From Klebsormidium nitens (taxonomy: Eukaryota > Plantae > Klebsormidiophyceae): a DNA stretch of 64,000 bases. This document shows positions 10,555-19,878 of the stretch, piece after piece. Location of the stretch: the NCBI GenBank assembly GCA_000708835.1, contig DF237238.1, forward strand, positions 1 to 64,000, given 5' to 3'. A program made the translations under genes and the position numbers. Position 1 is the first letter of the stretch. The number at the start of each line of letters is the position of its first letter. The notes below the pieces were generated by a model, which saw nothing but the letters and a program-made list of their open reading frames with translations, was not told the DNA's origin and did no database searches.

Positions 10555-11205
10555 TTGACGATTGTCGATGTGGGCACTGACCTCTCTACTGACGCTTGGC
10601 GCGGTCGGCGGGTCCTGCCACTGAGGTCGAGCAGGTTGCACTGCAGAACGGTCCATCACCTCTGCCACCCAGTTTGGGTTCGATTGCTGAATAAGAAAGG
10701 AATGCACGAGTCAACACCCAGTCCATCGACTCTTCCCATATGCCAGCTCTCAATAGGCATGGGTGCAAACGAATGAACGTGCTCAATGACGGCATGATCT
10801 CACACATGTCGGACAGCGACAGCGACTGAAACTCACGCTTGCTCGCCACGCATCAAATGGCTCGATGCTGACTGGCTTTGACCTGACGCTCTCCTGAACC
10901 TCCTGCATGACATGTATTGCCCGATTAATCGTCATTCGTGAATCACCCGGTCTATATCGACGCTCTGTGGATGCTTGTGAAGGGGCATGGTGATTCTGGG
11001 AAGTGGCACTTGTGGCCTGGCGGTACTTCGTACAACCCTGAGATGGAGCCTGTATGAGGCAGAAAGCAACTTTGCTGACAAAACACTCACGTCCGCGGTT
11101 GGAATGGGAATCAGGGGCCGTCCGGACGAGCTGCTGGGGGCGTCGGGACCGTGTGTGGGCCACCCCGGGTTGCTCTCCACGCCCCCGATCATCATTTGTG
11201 TCACT
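10555..11205 (-). CDS. Fragments of an unknown spliced gene (possibly relic) containing a 2A-like GGVESNPG motif
   Basis: Exon-like segments with gtgag/gtgc donors: (V)TQMMIGGVESNPGWP...IPTAD|, GCTKYRQ...FDAWRAS|, QSNPNWVAEVMDR...HIDNRQ|. One implied intron is only ~50 nt and no family was recognised. Confidence 0.35.
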
Positions 11206-11944
11206 GCATCGCATCAAAGTGATCCCTCAATCAATCGTGCTCCAAATGGCATGCCAAATATTCAAGCCAGATCCGTGCATTTAAAGTCTTATCCATAAAG
11301 CCGTCTGAAGCATAATCCTGCCAACAAGTGCACGGGATGTGCAACCGTACCTATTAGCGCCCTGCTCTTTGGTGCTGAGGAGTAAAAAACCTTCTCCGAC
11401 CCGCCCTCAAAGGCTGCAGATCCTGCGCGAGCAGAATGGTAGAAGGTGAGCGTCGAGAGTCCTGCCACGATACCAGCGGTCCTGCAGACACCCGGAATCT
11501 TACAAAGTGAACACTCCGATCCTCACAAAGTAAGCGCTCGCGGCGCTGCAGAGGCACACACCGTTTCGAAGGGCCCGGCCATGCCCTGCAGGATGTACCA
11601 GAAAACGCCCATTAGATTCTTTAGAAAGTAATACAGCATTTCTTGGTACACTTCCATTGTGCGCCGGATGGCTGGAACCACGCTTGATGGGCCAGCCCGG
11701 CCATGCCCTGCAGGATGTACCAGAAAAATGCCCATTTATTTCTTTAGGAAGTAATACAGCATTTCTTGGTACACCCTCATTGTGCGCCGGATGGTCGTAC
11801 CCTGCGCTTGATGGGCCAGTCCGGCCATGCCCCCCGAAATGCACCCGGCCATACCCCCCAGAATGAACCCGGCCATACCCCCCAGGTTGTACCAGGAAAC
11901 GCCCAGTACATTCTTAAACAATAACACAGCGTTTCTTGGTACAT

Positions 11945-12600
11945 GACCCTTCTCTGCTTCTCATGCTGAAACAGCCACACACCGTTTAAGGGGCCGGCCA
12001 TACCCCGCAAGGTTCGTGTACCAAGAAACGCCCATTAGATTCTTATAGGATAATACAGGCTTCCTAAGTACCACCAGACTGTGTGCTTGATGGGCAGCCC
12101 CGCCAGACCAGGAAAAATGAACAGGAGAAACGCCCGTAAGGTTCTTCACGAGCTCCATGTTGTTAAGAAGAACGACCCCACTTCCCATGATACTCCCCTA
12201 GGTTGAGCCAAGAACTCTCGACTGATCGAGAAGAGGACTTTGCCGCAACCAGACGGCCGGGGATCGAGGAGAAGGCTCACCTTGCAGTCCGTTCCTCACC
12301 AGCACCGGACGATGGCTGCTTGTGGCAGTGGGCTGCCTCGACGACTGAGCCCCAACCCTGGCGCTCCCCTGGCTTGACAGCGCGCACTGGCCTTCCCGTT
12401 CTGCGCGCTGCCCGCGCTGCGCCCCGTCGCTAACCAAGCTGGCGGCGTGCTGATGGCGGCCTGCGCCAAGACCGCACTCAGACTTGGAGCTGCAACCGGT
12501 CGCACAGGGGCTGGCTGTGGCGGTTGTGGGGGGGCTGTCGGCGGCGTGGGGCGCGATGTGGGCGTCGCGGTCAGTGCACGTTAATCCTGAAAAGGAGGCG
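11945..12600 (+). repeat. Higher-order ~650-bp duplicated segment, copy A (copy C at ~14315-14910, partial copy B at ~13230-13270)
   Basis: Collinear similarity, e.g. GGTTCTTCACGAGCTCC...CACTTCCCATGATACT...GAGGACTTTGCCGCAACCAGACGG...CTCACCTTGCA...GGCTGCTTGTGGCA in both copies. Confidence 0.85.
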
Positions 12601-14314
12601 CACAGAGGGTCAGCACTGCTGCACTCGGGATGTCACGATCGACCTGTCAGATACCCTGCAGTAGTCCTCCGAATCGTGCGACTGGTCAAGTGCGTGCAAT
12701 CTGTCCGGCCATACCCGGCAAGGTGTACCAAGAAACGCCCATTAAGAGTCTATAGAAGAAATAGATTCTTCCTTGGTACACTTTTCTGATGAGAAGCGGA
12801 ATTGACGCACTTCAGAACGTTTTTCCAAGGTACACTGCTTGTCGGGCGCCGCTTGTAAGACCTCCCGATGTTGCGCGACTTGAAATTATTACCTTCGATT
12901 TGCAGCTAACGCGTGTGACAGAGCTTTGGCTCGGCAAACTGCCGCAGTCCGGCCATACACCCCAGGATGTACCAGGAAAGGGCCGTTAGATTCTTAAAGA
13001 GGAACACGCCACTTCCCGGTACATGCTGACGGCGCGCTGATCCAGCCACACCCCCAAGGATGTACCAGGAACGAGCCTTTGGATTCTCAAAGAGAAATAC
13101 ACCACCTCCTGGTACATACTAACAGCGCACCCCAATTCATGCCAGCGAGTAACAAAGGTTGGGTCCCATGCTTCGCGCCGTCAGTGAACCAGGGGCGGCG
13201 ACGCAGTGCAGCGCCAAGGGACTGCTGGACGCTCACCTTGCGATCTGCTGAGCGCCGTACGACGGCTGCTTGTGGCAGGAAACCGCCCCGGCCGGAGGTT
13301 GTTTGACGGCGCGCAAAGGCCCTCACGTGCGTGGCGCTGCGCGCACTGCGCCTCGTCGCGCTCGCACTCTGAGGGGTCGAGTGTGGGGCGAATAGCGGCA
13401 GCGGCGGAAGGCTCGTCATGGACGCCGGCGCCTCGTAACCCTGCGCGGTGGATCAGCACGGCGGCTCATGAATTTCACAATTCGCCCCAAAGATCAAGAG
13501 CATGCAAGCTGTCCGGCCATGACGCCACTTTGTGGTACATGCTCATGGTGCTGCGGGCCCGTCCACACCCCCCAGAATGTACCGGGGAGCTGCCTATTGT
13601 TCTCTGAAGAAAGATTGAGATGATTCTTGGTACACTTTCGTGAAAGCTGCAGGTCCGGCCACACCCCCCAGGATGTACCAGGATTTGCCCATTTGATTCT
13701 TAAGAAAGTAACACATCATTTCCTGGTACGCCTCAGAACGTGCGCTGTGACGGGCTGCAGGCCCTGCCATACCCCCAAGAATGTACCAGAAATTGCCCAT
13801 TAGATTCTTAGAGGAGTAACACAGCGTTTCTTGGTACACTGCCTTTCCTTGAGCACGCTGAAAGTCTCGCACCGTTTGGGGGCCCAGTCATACCCCACAA
13901 GAAAGCGCCTGGCCATACCCCCCAGAATGAATCCGGCCATACCCCCCAGAATGCGCCCAGCCATACCCCGCAAAATGGACCCGGCCATAATCTACAGGAT
14001 GTACCGAGAAACGCCCAGTAGATTCTTTAAAGAGTAATACAGCATTTCTTGGTACACGACCCTTCTCTGCTCCGCACGCTGAAACCGCCACACCCGTTCA
14101 AGGGGCCGGCCATACCCCGCAAGATAAGTGTACCAGAAAACGCCCAGTAGATTTTCAGGGAAATACAGCGTTCTTGGTACAGGGGCTCTCGCTGAAAGTC
14201 TCAAACCGTTTTTGGGGCCCGGCCATACCCCGCAAGATACGTGTGCCCGCAAAATTCGTGTACCAAGAAACGCCCAGTTGATTTGTAAAGAGTAAGACAG
14301 CATTCTTGCTACAC

Positions 14315-14910
14315 GACCCCTCTCTGCTTCGCATGCTGAAACAGCCACACACCGTTCAAGGGGCCGGCCATACCCCGCAAGTTAAGTGTACCAAGACACG
14401 CCCAGTAGATTCTTAGAGAAATAATACAGCCTTTCTTGGTACGGCCCGACTGTGTATGTACAGGAGAAACACCCGTAAGGTTCTTCACGAGCTCCGTGCT
14501 GTTGAGAAGAACGAAGCCACTTCCCATGATACTGCCCTAAGTTGAGCCAAGGATTCTCAACTTATCGAAACAGAGGACTTTGCCGCAACCAGACGGTCGG
14601 GAATTGGTGAGGAGACTCACCTTGCAATGCGCCCCTCACCAGCGCTGTGCGACGGCTGCTTGTGGCATTAGGTCCCCCCCACCGAGTTCCATACCTGGCG
14701 TTCCCGATCGACAGCGTGCACTGGCCCACCCGTTCTGCGCGATCGCCGCTGGCGGTGTGGTGATGGCGGCCTGTGCCAGGTCCGCAGTCCGACTAGGAGT
14801 TGCCGCCAGTTGCATGGCGGCTGTTTGTGAGCGTCGCAGGGGGGCTGTCGTGGGCGTCGCGGTCAGCGCACACGGAATCTGCAGAAAGAGGCGCATAGTG
14901 GGTCGGCTGC
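14315..14910 (+). repeat. Higher-order duplicated segment, copy C
   Basis: Collinear with 11945-12600. Confidence 0.85.
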
Positions 14911-16519
14911 GCTGCTCATGGCGCTCGTGATCGACCACGCACTACCTTGCATGAGTTCCTGGTACCAAAGTTTATGCACCTGCAGGCCTGGCCATACCGT
15001 CTAGAATGTACCAGAAAGTGCCGATTAGAATCTTAAGCAAGATTCTGACTCCGTGCTTGATGGGCTGCCCAGCCATACCCTGTGTGATGTACCAGGAAAC
15101 GCCCAGTAGATTCTTAAAGAACAATACAGCGTTTCTTGGTACAGCGAAAATGACTGTGTGCCTGATGGGCGGCCCAGCCATACCCTGTGTGATGTACCAG
15201 GAAACGCCCAGGCGTTTGACGTTTGAGGCGGGGAATTCAAGCGCTACTGAATCCACTGTCTCAAACCATACAAGAAGGGTGTCGATCCACCCAAATCATT
15301 CAGTCAGCAACAATGCTTCAGAAAAGGTGCAAACAAAGTCATGTCCGGTCACCAAGCGCAAGGTCACCAAGCGCAAGAGCTGGAATTTGAGACTGGAATC
15401 TTATTTGAAAGAGGACACCGCACCAAGAAGACATCAGAAAACATGGCCAATAGAAGTCTAACACCGCTGCTTTCTGACCAGAGAAGTATACATCTTGCAA
15501 CCAGTTTCGAACCAGCGTCGCTGGGGGTGCAGATTTTCAGTCTTTGTGTGTCTGCGCATTGTTGCACCTATCAGACACAGTCTGGAGGCTTGCAAGAATA
15601 GCCTTCATTATTTACAATCCATCAAGCAAGACAAGCATGACTGCCAAGCTTGCCGCAACCCACCATGCAGCAAAGCAATCTGACGTGAGGAAACTACAAG
15701 ATTGTCTGCGAAAGCCAACATGTGAGCTCACCTGAACTGGATGCATTATGGATGCGCTTTCTTCTCTTGCGCAGCTCTTAATTCAACAATCACCGGGACC
15801 TGCCATCAAGGTGACTTTGCAGAAAGCAAGTTCAGTGCTCTGAAAGCACAATCTTCCTCTCTAATCTGCGCTCTGGCAGCAGCAACGCAAGGCTGATCCA
15901 TGCATTATGGACAAGCAACACGACCCCTTCTGACCCACGTCGTTCATCGGTATGTCATCTGTTGCTGCCACCTGGCCAACCAGCTTTGAGCCCACCTTTA
16001 ACAGCGTGGGAACGGTCTGGTTCATGTCGGTAATGCTACAGGCCAGGCCCTTATGGCATTCCGCAGCCCCTATGGCCGATAGCCTATGCCGGGGTCCCGG
16101 TGGCCTGAAGGACGCGCCAACTGGCACGTGGCCTGCTCGCGAACAAAGCGTGCAATTTTTGCCCGAGTGCTTAATTGCGCCCTCTGGAGTCTGGGTTCCT
16201 CGGGGGGCCCATTGTTTAAAAGCTGCAAGATTTACCCACTTTCAGAAACTGAGGAAGACAAAACAGGGCAGCCTCGCAAGTGGAGTCCACCGCCAGTGGT
16301 CCGCCGCGTTCTCCTTCCAAAGTCCATGCCTTCTGAGTCTCTGCATACGCACTGTAAGAGGAAGGCCATCTTCACTACATACCTTTGCAAAGAACTTAGG
16401 TTGAATGAATGACGGTACTTATCTGCGGATGAACGGAAGGCGGAGAGTCTCGAGCATAGGCGTTAGGCACGTCTGAACAGTCTCTGTCTTGTGCTGTGTA
16501 TCAAGGACAGACTCTAAAG

Positions 16520-19500
16520 ATGGCTACCCCAGAGATAACACTGAATTTTTTCAGAGAGGGACTGCCAGTCATCACGAAGGTTGTGACGACTGAAACAGTT
16601 GACCTGTCGGAAGTCGCGCGAGACTGTGAGCTGGTGCCTGAGGGAAGCCTTTACTTCAGAGGCGTTGACGACAAGAAGGTGTCTTTCTCCAGAACTCCTG
16701 TATCCGTCAAGAAGCTCCTGGAGACCTGTGGTTCGGAGGGCGACCTCCATATCCTGCGTAAGTTTTCCAAGACCTGCTTTGACCTTCTTCTTTCATCTAA
16801 TCCTTGTCCTTGAGCTTTTGTTTTGTAAGGCGAGAGTTCTGGATACACAAGGAAGCAACCTTCCAAGTCTTGGTGCAAGAAAGAAGCATACAAGTATGCT
16901 CCTGAGGGTATGCTTCCTTCTCAAGGGGGAAATGGATATGTCCTATCTTTTGTCGCTCTGAAATAGTTGTGCTGCAGTTTATAGCTGAAGTAATGTGCAA
17001 TCCCTTGTGGCTTCCTGCAGTGAATCCGTTTGACGGGCTGCGGTTTATCAAGTTCAAATATGGAAAGTCTACGAAGACATTTCCTGCGACCACAGTAAGC
17101 TGGGACGAATTCACATCCTGGGTACTCGAGGTCAACCCTCAGTATACAGGCTATGAGCTGAGCGCCAAGTTTGCTGGTGAGAAGTGTCTGCTGTCTTCTG
17201 CATTCAAGGCAAACAATAGAACTACTAACCCAATATGAAGTGACGAGGTGTTTGTTTGGTTTTGTCAACTGCTTTACTGATTGTCAAAGAATGCTTCACC
17301 ATTCAAGCTGTCTCGGGGACTGCCTTAAGGTTTAATGGAGAGTATTGTGGGTAGGCTACCAGCGAGGGTTTTGATCGGTAATCTAATGAATTGAAAGATT
17401 TTTCTTCCTTGCAAGTACTCTCTGATACAATGTTCAGGAAGGCAACACCAAGTATCAGGACTATCAAGATGTGACTTAGTTGAGTTCATGTTAAGTCCCT
17501 TGTGTTCGATTTTGAGACCTCTTCTTCGTGTGTTCAGGTCCAGGATTAGAACTAGAGGCGAGATCTGAAGGCGAGTTTCAGATCGCCGTTCCCTCGTTCC
17601 TGCGCTTTTTCCCCAAACAAGTGGTCGACTTGACAGTTACAGTGAAGCAGGGCCATTTGAGATCGTTCTCAACCTTTACGGGAGACCGGGGGGTGAAGGT
17701 AAGAGGCAAGGGGCTTCACAGTGTCTTCCAATGTGGGGCCCTGCTGTGCTGTAGTCTCTTGATCTTATTACCCGCGGTTCTGTGAAGCAGGAGTGAATCA
17801 GGTCCTTCAAAGTCTGTTCCAGGGTGCAGGAGGGAATATGTATACAAGACCAGGATTCCATTATTCATTTGACTGGATCGTTGCAGATGCTTAGCGTAGG
17901 CCTACGCTGTTAGGTTCTGTCTGTTGTGCTACTTGAAATGTCGGAAGGTTCTTGGATGGGAATGAAGCAATGGCACCCACTTGCTTGTAGGATGGGATGG
18001 CTATCCTTCTTGGCCAATCCTACGACATGAACAAGAAGAGCCACCAGAACCCGAAGAGTGTGGCCAGGTTGGACGGGTACGACCCTATGGAGCTCACAGA
18101 AGAAGTTCTCTTGAAGGAAGTTCCGAAGCGCTACTCTGGGGGCCGGGCTGCGACTGTAAGTCCACCCTCCCAAAGAGTCTCATTGCATCTTGCCTGATGT
18201 TGCTGTCAGAATTGGATGCAAGTGTTGGCATTCATCATGTGCGAAGCCTTGATTGGAATCTGGATTTGAAGTCAAGATGAAAGTGAAAGTGAAAGTGCTA
18301 GCGAAGCGCACACGGTGGTGGTGCAAAATTCCCCACTTCGAGATTGAAATACAGTAAGGTTTGATCTGGTCTGCACAAGGTGCGCGTACTGACATTAGAA
18401 GCATGCAAATGCAGGTGCACGACCTTCTGAAACAGACTATGTGGCTACTGTCGGCCGCATATGCAGCCTGCGGCGAATCAAACTCGCAAACGGTATGCGT
18501 GACTATCTTATATTTGAAGGACAGGTTGCGCTGTCAGATGCCTGAATTTGAACCTGAAAGGGTCTTGAAACAACCGCCTTGTGAGAACTTCCTGGTGACC
18601 GATTGTAAGTTGTGGTGAGGCCAGGGTCACCCTGCCGTCAGGTGGCACTCCGTCTCTACTACTCCTTTCCGTGTGTGGATCTCAGTCTTAAGCTAATTCC
18701 TTGAGATCAGCGTTGAAGTTGGAAGTCCAACTGAAGCAGGCAGCATAGAATCTGGTTGCCTAGTGTTGCTTGCTGATTGGCTGACCCTGTCAATGCAGGA
18801 GGCCACAAAGCGGACATTCATCGACCAAGTGCTCATCCTAGTAGCGGCAATCATCTCCACGGTGCTCGATTTAGACGACGAACTCGAACTGATCATGGAG
18901 TACAAGTTTGACAACGGAACCCTCGACTACATCTACAGGCATCTGCGAGTTAGTATCCAAGCCGAAGTGGATATCCGCCAAAAACCGTTCTCTTTCTTGT
19001 AGAGGGGTCCTTGTTGCTTGTTGTACATGATTGGAACAACGGCAAGTGTATTCGGCTATCAAGTATTGGTTGTTCGTTACGGCAGACTGCTCACAGTTGT
19101 AGGTAGCATTCAAGCCTTCTTAGGCAGCAGATCTGAGCATTTTCAACTGTGAGGGTTATCGAAGGGAGGCTGTACACGTCTTTGGTACTGAGCTTCATCG
19201 TTTAAACTTTCTTCCAGGCACTCGTCGCCCTCATCGAAGCCAAAGGTGAATGCAAGCTGCCGGCCTACCGCGGCCAAGCCTTGGTGGAGATGTCGTCCCT
19301 CAAGCGCGTCAAACAGCAGGACAGCAGGAAGCGGGACTGGGAGGAGATGGAGGATGCAGGAGTGAGTAAAAAGTCTGCTTCATCTTGGTGTCTAAACAGG
19401 AACAAAACTAGAAGATTATCCCTGATTGATAGCTAACCAACACTCCATCTGCTTCATCTTGGTGTCTAAACACGAACAAAACTAGAAGCTTATCCCTGAT

Positions 19501-19878
19501 TGATTGCTAACCAACACTCCACAGGAGAAAGTAGTCGAGCCATTGAGCTATTAAGCAAGGCGGAGTATCGTAATGGTCATTTGCATAGCAGCAGACATCG
19601 TGACGGGAACTCTCTTGACGTCTTTTATTTGCCTGCAGACAGTGGGAATCCTGACCAACGCCGACGAGTGGGAGTTCTTTGTGTTCCGGCCAAACGCGCA
19701 GCCGCCAGTGACCTTTCGACGACTTGCTTCCGATATGTCGATAGTTGATTGGAAGGATGTGCAAGCACTCCAAACTCTGTTCAAGCCAGTAATTGAGCAG
19801 CTGGTCGGCATCCTGGCTGTGGAGTGCAAGTTGGTGAAAGAGAGCGCTGCAAAGAAGGTCAAACCAAATGTCAAGTGA
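16520..19878 (+). CDS. Crinkler/RHS-type (CR) protein with a C-terminal PD-(D/E)xK restriction-endonuclease-fold domain, 443 aa, 8 exons
   Basis: Phase-consistent exons 16520-16757, 17021-17176, 17538-17698, 17991-18155, 18415-18492, 18799-18948, 19218-19361, 19639-19878 (1,332 nt, no internal stop). REase motifs: EATKRTFIDQVL...E...GTLDYI...LIEAK...GQALVEM...VGILTNADEWEFF. The N-terminus is a set of small beta-rich segments consistent with CR header domains (inference). Confidence 0.8.
19376..19522 (+). repeat. Two-copy ~73-bp tandem duplication in the last intron of the CR-REase gene
   Basis: CTGCTTCATCTTGGTGTCTAAACAxGAACAAAACTAGAAGxTTATCCCTGATTGATxGCTAACCAACACTCCA occurs twice. Confidence 0.9.

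Larger units (their letters stand above)
11575..15210 (+). repeat. Array of ~15 complete and ~4 partial imperfect palindromes (TGTACCA[A/G]GAAA-N-TTTC[T/C]TGGTACA, 53-57 bp), each preceded by CCGGCCATACCCC(C)
   Basis: Palindromes start at about 11594, 11716, 11888, 12018, 12724, 12968, 13061, 13577, 13674, 13782, 14000, 14129, 14259, 14387 and 15088; half copies at about 12122, 14459, 15007 and 15193. The centre is AT-rich and itself often symmetric (ATTAgaTTCTtaAGAAagTAAT). Confidence 0.92.

Noticed and set aside
11594-11650. Palindrome as a tiny TGT...ACA transposon (Ginger-like or solo mini-LTR)
   Set aside because: No target-site duplications flank the copies, and the left flank is a conserved part of the unit.
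12786-12822. Hammerhead ribozyme (CUGAUGA followed by a short stem)
   Set aside because: It lacks the GAAA core and stems I/III with the cleavage triplet.
11575-15210. CRISPR array
   Set aside because: Repeats are long and variable, spacers are related to each other and irregular in length, there are no cas genes, and the context is eukaryotic.
11575-15210. Protein repeat (VYQExxxYxxKNLxGxxWYILxGMAG on the minus strand)
   Set aside because: Copies differ by 1-4-nt indels, stops and mostly non-synonymous changes, so the recurring peptide is a by-product of the DNA repeat.
18520-18603. Extra exon DRLRCQMPEF... in the CR-REase gene
   Set aside because: It would need a 27-nt intron and breaks phase; direct 18492-to-18799 splicing gives an intact NSQT|EATKRTFI motif.
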